Part shown: positions 46,508 through 57,367 of the stretch, in pieces
How the letters are laid out: each line of letters begins with the position of its first letter
How positions within the stretch are numbered: position 1 is the stretch's first letter
Source: an uncultured Actinomycetes bacterium
GTDB taxonomy: Bacteria > SZUA-79 > Acidulodesulfobacterales > Acidulodesulfobacteraceae
Assembly (NCBI GenBank): GCA_964631685.1
Contig: CAZVZU010000005.1
Span: 77,079 to 141,078 of the forward strand
DNA: 64,000 bases
Direction: 5' to 3'
Position numbers and translations under genes: made by a program
Notes under the pieces: generated by a model
Told to the model about the DNA's origin: nothing
Seen by the model: only the letters and a program-made list of their open reading frames with translations
Database searches by the model: none

Positions 46508-47278
46508 GTGAGGGTTCTTATTCATCTTGTTTCAGATAATAATATAATCGTAAGACAAAGCTATAATAACATTCTCCAAGGATTGATATATCAATTTTTA
46601 GACAGAATGGATGCGGCATGGCTCCATGCCACTGGTTTTGAATCCGATAGCAGAAAGTTTAAACTTTTCGTTTTCTCCGGAATAAGAGAGAGAGGGACTG
46701 TCGATCAAAGCGCACGAATCTTCAAATTTTCCAACAAAATAAGTTTTTACTTATCTTCTCCCGTTGATTGGATCATGACCCAGTTCGCAAGCAATATTAT
46801 CAGGGTAAGAGATCTAAGTTTAGGTGGCAATACGGTTTCTGTGGAATCTATTGGCGTAATGAAGGAGCCCGCCATAGAAAACAATTCTATAACTGTTCAA
46901 GCAATTACTCCAATAGAAGTGCATTCAACCTTAATAAAACCAGACGGCAGAAAACTGACATACTATTACAGCGCGTTTGAAGATGATTTTGGCAGGCTTG
47001 TTAACGACAATTTGATCAGAAAATGGAAAGCGCTCTACAAAGTGGAGGTTCCGGGAAGTATATCTATAAAGCCTCTTTATAACGACAGAAAAAATGAGCG
47101 AGTCAGGTATTTTGTCAGTGGCGGCAGAAAAACCGTTATAAAGGGATGGGTTGGCCGATATAAGCTTTCAGGAGACAGAAAGTTACTGCGATTTGCGCTT
47201 AATGCGGGGCTTGGAAGTCGTAATAGTCAAGGGTTCGGAATGATAGAGATTGCAGGGCATTTATCGCCACATAACTAA
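46508..47278 (+). CDS. cas6: CRISPR endoribonuclease Cas6
   Basis: YN..LQG.IY, LH..G, FKLFVFS, SSP, TPI, G-loop GLGSRNSQGFG; AAGGAGG RBS before GTG. Confidence 0.95.
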   Translation: MRVLIHLVSDNNIIVRQSYNNILQGLIYQFLDRMDAAWLHATGFESDSRKFKLFVFSGIRERGTVDQSARIFKFSNKISFYLSSPVDWIMTQFASNIIRVRDLSLGGNTVSVESIGVMKEPAIENNSITVQAITPIEVHSTLIKPDGRKLTYYYSAFEDDFGRLVNDNLIRKWKALYKVEVPGSISIKPLYNDRKNERVRYFVSGGRKTVIKGWVGRYKLSGDRKLLRFALNAGLGSRNSQGFGMIEIAGHLSPHN

Positions 47279-47330
47279 GCGGTTTATGGCTAAAAAAGAA
47301 AATAAATAATTAGAGTTATACATTTAAAAA

Positions 47331-49742
47331 ATGGATATTAAGATTACTGAAAATTATGACAAATTTTTTAAAAAGTTAACTAAGTTTGAACCGTATGCAT
47401 TTCAGAAAGAGTTTGCTGATAAATTTATTAATTCAAGGTCAATTATTCTAAATGCTCCAACGGGTAGCGGTAAAACATTAGCGGCTATAGCGCCTTTTGT
47501 CTATTGCTGGAATGAGTGGAAAGAAGAAAAGCAGAAAGTTTCAGATTATCCAAGAAAATTAATATATTCCCTTCCATTGAGAACCTTGGCGAATTCACTA
47601 TATAAGGATGTTGAAGAAATGATTAGAGAAAATTTAAATTTAGACATCAAAGTCACGCTACAAACGGGTGAAAATCGCTCGGATCCGTATTTTGAAGGGG
47701 ATATAATCTTTACAACAATAGATCAAACCTTGAGCAATGTGCTCAGTATTCCTTTATCATTGTCTAAAGGTTTGTCAAATATAAATGCCGGAGCGGTTTT
47801 ATCATCGTATTTAGTATTTGACGAGCTCCACTTGTTAGAACCTAAAAAGTCCTTGTCTACAACATTAATCCTGCTTGATAGTTTGAAAGAAATAGTGCCT
47901 TTTTGCCTAATGACGGCGACTTTATCTCAAGATTTTATGAAAAAATCAGCGAAACTTTTGGATGCCTCATTGATCTCTGTGGAAAGAAATGATTATGAGG
48001 CATTTAGTTATATTCAAAATAAGGCAAAGAAGTTTGTGAAAACAAATAAAGAAATATTAGATGCAGAAAATATTTTAAGGTTTCATAAATCAAAAACTAT
48101 TGTTATTTGTAATACCGTTGCTAAGTGTATTAGTCTTTATAAGGAATTAAAACAAAAAAGCCGTGATCCGATAAAGTTAATATGTTTACATTCTCAATTT
48201 TTCCAAAAAGACAGAAAAAATAAGGAAGATGCAATTATAAAATATTTTGGTCAAGATTCTTCCGAAGGGAACGTTATTTTGATAGCAACACAAATTGTAG
48301 AAGTGGGGCTAGATATCTCTTGCGAAACGATGCTTACCGAAATCTCACCTATAAATTCCTTTTTGCAAAGGGCCGGCCGTTGCGCAAGATGGAGAGGAGA
48401 AGGAAATATCCAAGTTTTCAATTGCGAAGACACATATTTGCCGTATACTGAATCGCTATGCCGAGTAACATTTGATAGCCTGGAAAAAATTCATGACAAA
48501 CAACTTGATTATTTTACTTCTCAAAGATTAGTAGAGGACATTATTGCCGAATTAGAGTCAGGCATTTTTGCGGAAGTGGAGAGCTCCGATTGTATCACGC
48601 GGGAGCAAATAAGGGAGTCATGGCGCACAGGCAACAGATCTTACGCAAGAGGGTTAATAAGAGATATTCGTTCTATCTCAGTAGTTCTGCTACCTAAAGA
48701 TTATAAAACAAGTTCGCTTTATTCTTTTGAATCTTTTTCAATAAATCCTTACTCTTTAAAAAAGAAGATTGAAGATTATCTTGAAGCGCAACAAGAGTCA
48801 GAACCTATATTGTTTACATTAATGGATTCGGGTTTTATCGATGAAGATTTTGACGATGCCGAAAAAGAACTGGCCACGATAGGATTAGACGAAATATTTT
48901 CAGAAAATATTGTTGCATTAGATTCTAATCTGGTTGGTTACGCACCTGAATATGGGCTTGATTTTGAAGGAAATTTCGGAAGAACATCGAAAAAATTGGG
49001 CATAAAAGAGGACGGAAAGCATCATATTTATCATTGCGATACCTATGAAGAGCACATTTCTTGGATGCTTAAATACTTAGGTAAGATTACAGACTATCCC
49101 TTTGCATTAAAAAAGATCCAGAAATTAAAGTATTCTACATTTAACATAGAAGAAATAATAAAATTTATTATCGAAATGCATGACTATGGAAAGCTTGATG
49201 TCATGTGGCAAAAAATAATGAAAACATATCAGGAAAGAATTTCCGGTAAAGACGTTTCAGACTTTCTAGCTCATTCTGACTATGATCAATCTTCTCAAAA
49301 AGATTGTAATTTAATGAGTAGCGTTTTAAAAGAATATAGAATTGGTAAAAAACCTCCCCATTCCGGGATCGGGGGTTTCGCAAGTTTTATCATACTACAG
49401 TCTGTACTGGAAATATCTTCTGAAAATAAAGATGATGAATCTTTTATAAAGGCAGTTGCAACTTCAATTTTAAGGCATCATTCTTCCTTTGCTAAGGAAA
49501 TACCAAGATTTAACATATCTAATGAAGCTTTTAAGCTTTGTCTTTCGCGAATACGCACTATTTTCCCCGGCATAGTTGATAAAGAGTTGAAACTTTTGAA
49601 AGGATTTAAAGGGACAAAATCCGAAGATATCATCCTATCTTTTCAAAAAAACTATGAGGTATTTTTATATTTTATTTTAGTCCGCATCTTGCGGTTGTGC
49701 GATCAGCATTCTTTTGAGCACAATCCGAGAATTAAGAGGTGA
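47331..49742 (+). CDS. cas3: Cas3 with N-terminal SF2 helicase and C-terminal HD nuclease
   Basis: APTGSGKT, DELH, MTAT, QRAGRCAR, then YEEH, HDYGK, AHS, PHS, RHH, LCD in the C-terminal third. Confidence 0.92.
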   Translation: MDIKITENYDKFFKKLTKFEPYAFQKEFADKFINSRSIILNAPTGSGKTLAAIAPFVYCWNEWKEEKQKVSDYPRKLIYSLPLRTLANSLYKDVEEMIRENLNLDIKVTLQTGENRSDPYFEGDIIFTTIDQTLSNVLSIPLSLSKGLSNINAGAVLSSYLVFDELHLLEPKKSLSTTLILLDSLKEIVPFCLMTATLSQDFMKKSAKLLDASLISVERNDYEAFSYIQNKAKKFVKTNKEILDAENILRFHKSKTIVICNTVAKCISLYKELKQKSRDPIKLICLHSQFFQKDRKNKEDAIIKYFGQDSSEGNVILIATQIVEVGLDISCETMLTEISPINSFLQRAGRCARWRGEGNIQVFNCEDTYLPYTESLCRVTFDSLEKIHDKQLDYFTSQRLVEDIIAELESGIFAEVESSDCITREQIRESWRTGNRSYARGLIRDIRSISVVLLPKDYKTSSLYSFESFSINPYSLKKKIEDYLEAQQESEPILFTLMDSGFIDEDFDDAEKELATIGLDEIFSENIVALDSNLVGYAPEYGLDFEGNFGRTSKKLGIKEDGKHHIYHCDTYEEHISWMLKYLGKITDYPFALKKIQKLKYSTFNIEEIIKFIIEMHDYGKLDVMWQKIMKTYQERISGKDVSDFLAHSDYDQSSQKDCNLMSSVLKEYRIGKKPPHSGIGGFASFIILQSVLEISSENKDDESFIKAVATSILRHHSSFAKEIPRFNISNEAFKLCLSRIRTIFPGIVDKELKLLKGFKGTKSEDIILSFQKNYEVFLYFILVRILRLCDQHSFEHNPRIKR

Positions 49743-49748
49743 TTATAA

Positions 49749-51377
49749 ATGAAACAATTTTATGTAATTAAGGAATCTCACACGTTTTCAGATAGCTTGG
49801 AGTGCTTGGGACTGGCCAAGATATTAAAACGTGTCGCCGAAAAGATTTCTAGAAATCAGGATAATGATATCCTGATTGAAGACAAAGGATCATATTTTAA
49901 ATTAACAAGTGATGTTGATATTCCAGAAGATGAGATAGGCGATATAGAATTTTTCTATTTCATGGAATACGTAACCAAAAAAGATAAGACTGAAAATTTA
50001 CCATTCCCTTATATTGATTATGATCACGAAAAAAAAGTTTATGATGACCTTAGAAAATCTAAAAAATCTGCAGAACGGCCGAGACCAGATTACGACATCA
50101 TTCGGCTATATGCAGGGATGGATGGTTATAGAAAGGTTTTTTACAATCTAAGGAAATTTAATAATGGCAATTTTACCGAACTGCTACGTTATATGCTTAA
50201 ATACTATTCATCAAAAATAAGTGAAAGAAACGATGCAGAAGAAAAGATTTTAAGCTTTGTAAAAGAAGTTAAAGGCGTTAAACAGAGTGAATTAACACAG
50301 AATGCTTTACAAGATATTAATCCGGATAAAGGAAAGGGCATAAATAGAATAAAGCCGGATTCCGTTAGGCCGGATTCCTATAAAAAAATGATTTGGTATA
50401 GAGAGCTAATTAAGTTTGTAGGCGGTTGGCAAGGCATGACGTCAAAATATGTAGGCAAAGATTATAAGACTTATGTCATTGCGCCTCATAAAATTGGTCT
50501 GCAATATATGAATGGTGTTTTTGCCTCTTTTAAAAAAAAGATATACGGAGGAACTTCGATACAAGTTGATATCTTAATGCTTCTAAATTTAACGGAAGAA
50601 TTAATATTAAAGCATGAAAATTACCGTGAATCGTGGAATATATTTAAACCAAGCCATGTAATATCAGGATTACAGTTTGCCTATTATAAGAAGTTAGGAC
50701 AAAAACCGGCTGTCACAAATATCGGGTTCCTTGGTATACCTAGTTTTATCGTTATCAAGGATAAGGTTGATGCTGATAAATGGAAAAATATTATAGAGGA
50801 ACATCAAAAGATAATACACTATTATATTGGCAAAAAGAATTCTTCGCATGTAAAAATCCTACAAGATTACAGAAATTTTATCTCCATCGGGGATTTTGAT
50901 TATTTTTTTGAGTTTAGCTATGGTTACGCAAATATAATTTTTTCGACAAAAAAACCGTTTTCGATAACTAATATGGAGGGACTTATGAGAAGTGATGTAA
51001 GATTTGAAGATATCTTTTTAAACGATGGATTTAAGGCGATTGCCGGTGCAATTCGCAACTCTACAATCGTTCCTATAATTCACAAAGATAAAAAAAATGT
51101 TGTTTTCGGCCTAAGCAATAAACTAAGGATTGCTTCAAGAAATAAGGACTCTTTAGTGGAAGAAATTTCAGAATTTATTCAGAAATATAATGAACGCATG
51201 ATGCTAGAAGATTACCACGATGAACCACATAACAAATATATCACAAAAGAAAATTTAGAAGAATTTTATAAACTTTTAGACTCTGACCATTCTTCAAAAA
51301 TAATAGCCGGAATGCTTGTAGCTTTCGGTTATGCAAAGGACGGGAAGGCTAATAAAGCGGAGGGAAACAATGAGTAA
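49749..51377 (+). CDS. cas8: Type I Cascade large subunit (Cas8-like)
   Basis: Size and position between cas3 and cas7; NP.KGKG motif; helical C-terminal Cas11-like region. Family assignment is by context. Confidence 0.7.
   Translation: MKQFYVIKESHTFSDSLECLGLAKILKRVAEKISRNQDNDILIEDKGSYFKLTSDVDIPEDEIGDIEFFYFMEYVTKKDKTENLPFPYIDYDHEKKVYDDLRKSKKSAERPRPDYDIIRLYAGMDGYRKVFYNLRKFNNGNFTELLRYMLKYYSSKISERNDAEEKILSFVKEVKGVKQSELTQNALQDINPDKGKGINRIKPDSVRPDSYKKMIWYRELIKFVGGWQGMTSKYVGKDYKTYVIAPHKIGLQYMNGVFASFKKKIYGGTSIQVDILMLLNLTEELILKHENYRESWNIFKPSHVISGLQFAYYKKLGQKPAVTNIGFLGIPSFIVIKDKVDADKWKNIIEEHQKIIHYYIGKKNSSHVKILQDYRNFISIGDFDYFFEFSYGYANIIFSTKKPFSITNMEGLMRSDVRFEDIFLNDGFKAIAGAIRNSTIVPIIHKDKKNVVFGLSNKLRIASRNKDSLVEEISEFIQKYNERMMLEDYHDEPHNKYITKENLEEFYKLLDSDHSSKIIAGMLVAFGYAKDGKANKAEGNNE
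50985..51377 (+). CDS. Putative internally initiated Cas11 small subunit (130 aa), in frame inside cas8
   Basis: GGAGGG(50975-50980)-ACTT-ATG(50985), in frame; no separate cas11 gene in the operon. Confidence 0.55.
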   Translation: MRSDVRFEDIFLNDGFKAIAGAIRNSTIVPIIHKDKKNVVFGLSNKLRIASRNKDSLVEEISEFIQKYNERMMLEDYHDEPHNKYITKENLEEFYKLLDSDHSSKIIAGMLVAFGYAKDGKANKAEGNNE

Positions 51378-52377
51378 AACAAGAGGAATCACATCAATTT
51401 CAATCAACGGAAGGATTACCTTGAATATGCATTCCCTTAATAACGAAGGAAGTGAGGGGAATCAAGTTTTGACAAGGCAAGTTACAATTATCGATCAGCA
51501 CGGAAAGCCGGAGACTGTGACTGCTGTGAGTGGTGATATGATGAAACACATTGCCACGGAACATTTTTGGAGAATCGCCAAAGAAAATAATATCGTATTA
51601 TCTGAAACCTCTAAAAGTTTCAATGCAAACAGAATAATTTGGAGCGATCTAACCAGGGGCGACATAAAAGATATTGATTCAAAAAATCAGGGATCAATAA
51701 TGGACGCATTGATTAAAACATGCGCCTTATCGGATATTGCAGGGGCCATGATTACATCTAAGGGTAATTTCGCAAGAAAGTCGGTTATGGAATTTGGCTG
51801 GATGCTTGCTCTTCCTGAGGCAAACGAAACGGATAATTATTTTCATGTAAAATTAGTACCGGATGCCAAGGCTACAAAAAAAGAGAGTGATCCAGACGAT
51901 GAATCCGGGAAATCCAATGAGGGACAGAACATATTTCATCGCCCTGCAAATTCCGGGATTTATGCATTTGTCGGAAATCTTGAGATTTCAAGGCTTGGAT
52001 ACAATGATGTTTTTAAAACATATCCTATCTCTGATGAAGCAAGGAAGGAAAGGTACCAGGCCCTTTTGAAATCCGTATTGTATACCTTTATTAAGCCAAA
52101 CGGCGCAATGAGAAATACGCAGAATCCACATATCTTAAATATTGAGGGCGCCATTTCATATTCATTCTCTTCGTGTCCGGCTCCAACGGTGTCAGGCTTA
52201 AAAGACGGATATGTAGAAGAAATAGAAGAAATAACCAAGATGCTGAATAAGATTGATGAAGGTAACATAAAAATAAAAACATTTAATTCATTTTCGGAAT
52301 TTACAGATATTTTTTCCGAATTAATAAATAAAGAACCCGGAAAAATAAAGGTAGCGGAATCAACAAACAAGGAGTAG
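51370..52377 (+). CDS. cas7: Cas7 backbone, DevR/Csa2-like (start ATG 51370)
   Basis: SINGRITLNMHSLNNEG..AVSGDMMKH, R.S..EF; GGAGGG RBS. Confidence 0.85.
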   Translation: MSKTRGITSISINGRITLNMHSLNNEGSEGNQVLTRQVTIIDQHGKPETVTAVSGDMMKHIATEHFWRIAKENNIVLSETSKSFNANRIIWSDLTRGDIKDIDSKNQGSIMDALIKTCALSDIAGAMITSKGNFARKSVMEFGWMLALPEANETDNYFHVKLVPDAKATKKESDPDDESGKSNEGQNIFHRPANSGIYAFVGNLEISRLGYNDVFKTYPISDEARKERYQALLKSVLYTFIKPNGAMRNTQNPHILNIEGAISYSFSSCPAPTVSGLKDGYVEEIEEITKMLNKIDEGNIKIKTFNSFSEFTDIFSELINKEPGKIKVAESTNKE

Positions 52378-52379
52378 AT

Positions 52380-53066
52380 ATGTGGTTAGAAATAGAATAT
52401 AGTCCAACTTCGTTATTTTCTCTCAAGTCAAGTTCGGCAACAAGCTCGGCAGGCAAAACACTGTTTTCTCCCTCCCCTTATGCCGCGAAAATGGCTATGT
52501 TAAATGCCGTTATCACTTATGATTCCATAGAAACTGCCAAAGATAATTTTGACCTGATAAAGGGGTTAGATATCCAATTTCGACTACCTGAGCAATTTAT
52601 TGTTAACAATTGCATGATCAAGATTAGTAAACATAACAGAGCCGGTGATGAAAACGATCCGTTTATGTCCACTGTAGCATTCAGGGAATATATCTATTTT
52701 AGTGGCAACATAAGGATTGCAATAAACTTAAGTGAATTGGCAAAAGAACACATTGATTTTCTAAAAAAATGGTTTATGCACATCAATTATTTTGGAAAGA
52801 AGGGCTGTTTCTTTCAGTTTATTAAATTTACGGAAGTAACCGAATTGAATAATGAATATTCACTGATTCTTAATGATAAATTTGGTAATCTTGCACCCGG
52901 CACAATTATTGAGATGGATGACTTCGATGAGGATTCCGTCTTTGACAATATAAATGCATTCAGCAAGGCAAAGGGCAAAAGAAGATCTAGATTTTATATT
53001 TTACCTATATTGATGGAAAAGGCTAGCAAAGACTTTACCATTTTTTCAAAGGTTACCGAGGAATAA
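52380..53066 (+). CDS. cas5: Cas5 (type I-A-like)
   Basis: FSLK...KTL..PSPY, REY, G-loop YFGKKG; follows cas7. Confidence 0.8.
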   Translation: MWLEIEYSPTSLFSLKSSSATSSAGKTLFSPSPYAAKMAMLNAVITYDSIETAKDNFDLIKGLDIQFRLPEQFIVNNCMIKISKHNRAGDENDPFMSTVAFREYIYFSGNIRIAINLSELAKEHIDFLKKWFMHINYFGKKGCFFQFIKFTEVTELNNEYSLILNDKFGNLAPGTIIEMDDFDEDSVFDNINAFSKAKGKRRSRFYILPILMEKASKDFTIFSKVTEE

Positions 53067-53073
53067 TTTTTAT

Positions 53074-53577
53074 ATGGATACAGAGCGTCCCATTACAGGT
53101 AATCTTATAAATGCTTATTATATTTGTCACCGTAAATTGTGGCTTTTCGCTCATGAGATTAGTCCTTCTCTGGAAAATCCATATCTTGAAATAGGTTCTT
53201 TGATCGGCGAAGAAACCTACAAGAGGGAAAAGAAGGAAATTTTATTTGGAAATATTAAGATTGATTTGATCAAAAAGGAAGGCGGAAACATAATTGTTGC
53301 AGAGATCAAGAAATCGTCAAAGGGCATTAATGCGGCAAAAATGCAGCTTTTGTTTTATCTTTACAAATTAAAGGAGCGTGAAATTGTTGCGAAGGGCGAA
53401 CTCCTTATTCCAAAGGAGAGGAAAAAAATAAGCATTGAGTTGGATGAAGCCGCGGAGGAAAGACTGGAAAATGATCTGATTAACATTAAATCTATTTTGA
53501 AGTCGGAAGTCGCCCTTGTTCCTGAAAAGATTCCATTCTGTAAAAAATGCTCATATTTTGAGTTTTGTTGGAGCTGA
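53074..53577 (+). CDS. cas4: Cas4 nuclease
   Basis: CHRKLW, IDL, EIKKS, QL..Y, CKKCSYFEFC. Confidence 0.95.
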   Translation: MDTERPITGNLINAYYICHRKLWLFAHEISPSLENPYLEIGSLIGEETYKREKKEILFGNIKIDLIKKEGGNIIVAEIKKSSKGINAAKMQLLFYLYKLKEREIVAKGELLIPKERKKISIELDEAAEERLENDLINIKSILKSEVALVPEKIPFCKKCSYFEFCWS

Positions 53578-53594
53578 GAAAAGGGGAAGTGTAA

Positions 53595-54458
53595 ATGAAT
53601 AGGATAAAATTTGAATGAGAAGTCATTACGCCAATGTTTCTTACCGGAGCGGATAATAAAACACCGGAAGTTAGGCCGCCTTCCATTAAGGGTATGATGC
53701 GGTTCTGGTGGCGGGCAATGCATGGATATTTGGACAATGCAGAGTTAAAAGAACGTGAAGGTAAGATGTTTGGAACGAGTGATGAAGATATAGGGAGGAG
53801 TAAATTTAGCATACGAGCAATGCATAGTGGTAGCTTGCGCGTAGCATCCTATCTTTCACTTCCGCACAGATCTGCTAAAGCACTCAAGTTTAGGGGGATT
53901 TCACCCGACCAAAGTATATTCATCACATTGACCAGCCGGTATTATGGGATTGACGAGTGCGCTGATGTCCTTAAGGCATCTTTGATTTTAGGAGGTTTTG
54001 GCAAAAGGGCCCGTAGAGGATTTGGAAGTGCCGGAATTTTAAAGATTGATGAACAGCCTGATAATTTAGACTATAAACTTGAAACTATCTTGGAACTGAT
54101 TAATCGCATAGCCGGTAATATATACCATATTGACAGCAGTGGGAATGAAATAGAGTTGAAAAATAGTAAGTTAACCACGCAATACGCCTTTTTGAAAGAA
54201 ATAGTATTAGGTAAAGAATATGGCTCATGGAACGAGCTGGTGAAAACAATAGGTAAAGCATCGCATGAACATGACATAGACGCTCTAGGTTTCATTGGAC
54301 GCAAGACGCGCTTTGCGTCCCCTATCTATGTATCGGTGTTAAAAAATGAGAATAAATATTTGCCTATAATCTCCAGTTTAAATACTGCCTTTAAGGATAA
54401 AAAGATCGATAAAAAAGGACTAAAAGGACAAGATGACTTCAAGGAGGAAATCCTATGA
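53595..54458 (+). pseudogene. cmr1: Cmr1 with in-frame TGA at codon 8 (53616-53618)
   Basis: ATG 53595: MNRIKFE*EVITPMFLTGAD..RPPSIKGMMRFWWRA..E..FG..LGGFGKRARRGFG..RFASP. Confidence 0.8.
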
Positions 54459-56276
54459 AGAAGTACCTATTTCTATTTACCATAGGTCCGGTTCAATCTT
54501 TTATTGTTCAGACTAGGAAAACGCAGGATCTTTATACAGGCAGTTTATTGTTATCCGATTTAATCGATTTTGCCATGAAAGATATTAAGGGCGTAGATGA
54601 ATTCATCTTTCCGGACAAAAACGCAAAAAGTAAGCCGAATCGGTTTATCTTAATTATAAAATCGGATGATGTAAGCAAAATAGGCGAAGATTTAAGCAAT
54701 TATGTGCAATCTAAATTTAAAGGTATGGCACTGAAATCCTTTAATTCGTTGGATGAAAAATATAGCGAAGGCTTCATGAATAATTTTCTAAAGCAGATAA
54801 AAAATCATCTTCAAGTGAATTGGGTTGCCCTCCGATTGTTGGGCGATAAAAGTGATTATGCGCAGGTTTATAAGGATATTGAATTTAATCTCGGTGCAAT
54901 AAAGAATGTTCGGAACTTTAGGCAACTTAAAGAGAGAGGACGGAAATGCTCAGTATGCGGCGAAAGAAATGTTTTGTTTTATAAATTAACGGATAAGGAG
55001 AGAGAAAATGGCGGATTGGCAAAAAGAAAAAACGATAATCTACTCGAGAAGCTGTATACCGAAAAAGAAAAGGTTATGTTTTTAGAATCTGACAAACAAG
55101 GCGGAGAGTTAAGGATGCAGAAAGGTGAAGGACTCTGCGCGGTCTGTTCTACCAAGCGATTTTATAAATCAAACAGTTTTCGGTCCGTTACATGGATAGC
55201 CGCAATGGACTGGATTAATAGTATATCGGAAGACAAACAAGATGCTTATAAAAATCTTTTTACGAATTTTGATGAACAGCTTTATTATGCAGAAAATCTG
55301 CATAATAAATATCTTGAGGAACATGGGCATTTCAAGAAGAAAAAGTGCTTGAAGGATACAAGTGTGCAATTAAAAGAATTTTACAAGATAAAGGTTAAGG
55401 ACGAACATGGCGAGGAAGTGGAGATAGGCAAACCGTCTAAATATTATGCCATCATAATGTTTGATAGTGATAATATGGGTAAATGGCTGTCCGGTGATCT
55501 TCCAGAGGGCGAAGTAAAAGGATGATTTAATGAGGTTCCATAAAAAAATATCAGAAGAGCTCGATAATTACGCCTCCAGGATAACAGACATAATCCAAGA
55601 ACCAAAAGGTGAACTTATTTATGCTGGCGGCGACGATGTGCTTGCATTTGTGAATCTGAATTACTTGTTTTCCGTTATAGGAGATTTAAGGGCCGCTTTC
55701 CCTAAGTTTGGGAAGTCTGGATTTAAAATTAAACATGATGAAGAATCCTCTATCTCTGCAGGTATTGCAATTGCGCATTATATGACTCCTCTTCCGGAGG
55801 TCTTGAAATGGGCGCGAAATATGGAGAGCGAAGCTAAGAAGAAGGACGGTAAAGATGCTTTCGCCATTGCAATCCTGAAGCGTTCCGGCAATATAAGCAA
55901 GGCAACGTTTAAATGGCAATATGCATATGCAACTTCGCCCACTACGGATATATTGCAATATCTTGTTAAGTCTTTGCAAACGGATTTTTCAAACACATTT
56001 ATCACGGGTTTGAAATTAGAATTTGCAAGACTTATGGACAAAAAAGGAAATTATGGCAATAGGCCTCTGGTGAAAACAGAGATAGGGCGATTGATCAAGC
56101 GATCGTGTATGATGAAAAAACGCGAGAATGAAGGTGCGGATAAATTTAAGGAACGAAAGGAGGAAGCTATCAGGGAATTAACCGATAAACTGTACGCCTT
56201 GTTCAGTGATTCGTTGAGCAATTTTCTTTATATTTTATCTTCGGCAGAATTTATTGAAAGAGGAGGTGACTTGTGA
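54455..56276 (+). pseudogene. cas10: Cas10/Cmr2 (no HD domain) split by a frameshift at about 55516-55521
   Basis: FTIGPVQSFI..RKTQDL, CSVCG..LCAVC Zn finger and DSDNMGKWLSG in frame 1; YAGGDD and AIAH..PL in the +1 frame; removing one base from GTAAAAGG restores VKDDLMRFHK. Confidence 0.85.
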
Positions 56277-57349
56277 TAATAAAGATTAATCCGGTTGATA
56301 CCCTGCTTTTTAGAGATGGCAAACCGTTTAGTATGGGTGAGAATACCTGGCCGGATACCGTTTTTCCGCCATATCCGTCTGTAATTTACGGCGCTTTGCG
56401 AAGTACCTATTTTGCAAATCATATTAATGAACTCGGAAAGGCAAATAGGGAAGATGACCCGACTAAAAAATTAAGAATATAAGGAATTTATTTTTTTGTG
56501 GGAGATGATATTTATTACCCTCTTCCTATTGACTGCGTAACGGAGAAAGATAAGCCGGATAACAATGTCGTGTCGATACTATCTATGTCTAAAAATGAAA
56601 ATGAAAATATAAATAGTTGCCCGACCGATTGGATACTATCCCGCAAAGGCAATAAAAAGGTGGAAAATGTGATTGACAGGCTTATTAGAGGTTCAATGTT
56701 TAAAAAATATTTAAAATTAGAAAATACTGCTCAATTTTCAATAATAAAATTGAGCGATTTTATCATATCTGAGCCAAAAATAGGTATAGGAATAGATAAA
56801 GGTACCCACACGAGTGAGGAGGGCAGACTTTATCGGGTAGATATGAGAAGATTTAAAAATAGTAATGGTTCAGGTTTAACTATAGCCGCTGACTTAGATG
56901 GCTTAGATATCCCGGAAAAAGGGATTGTGAAACTTGGCGGAGAGGGTAAAGCAGCAAGTTATAGCGAATGTGAAGATAATTTTAATATGGATTTTCCGGG
57001 ATTTAAGCAAGATGAAAAGCTATTTAAGCTTATCATAACTACGAAGGCAATATTTAAAAATGGCTGGTTGCCCGGATGGATAAACGAAGAAACCTTAGAG
57101 GGTAAATATAACGGACTTACATTAAAATTACTGACTGCATCCATAGGAAAACCAATAAACATTGGCGGTTTTGATATGAAAAGGAGAATTCCTAAACCTA
57201 TGTACAAAGCCACGCTGGCGGGAAGTGTATATTATTTTAAAATTATTGCGGGCGATATCAAAAAAGCCTTCAAAGCATTCAATGAAACTGCCATTTCCGA
57301 TGTATATCCCGAGCAAGGATTCGGAATAGCGTTTGTAGGAAAACTTTAG
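56273..57349 (+). pseudogene. cmr3: Cmr3 with in-frame TAA at 56480-56482
   Basis: P.DTL.FRDGKPF..PPYPS..YGALRS...LRI*GIYFF continuing in the same frame to KLGGEGK, GGFD, GSVYYF, GFG. Confidence 0.85.
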
Positions 57350-57367
57350 TAAGGAGGGGTATAACGT

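Noticed and set aside
46306..47330. Degenerate mini-array or CreTA-like RNA near cas6
   Set aside because: No recognisable copy of the repeat or its ATTGAAAC handle in the intergenic DNA flanking cas6 by eye; a sensitive alignment would be needed to exclude it fully.
55530..57349. ORFs 55530-56276, 56273-56482 and 56498-57349 as independent novel genes
   Set aside because: They are fragments of cas10 and cmr3; the motifs continue across the breaks.
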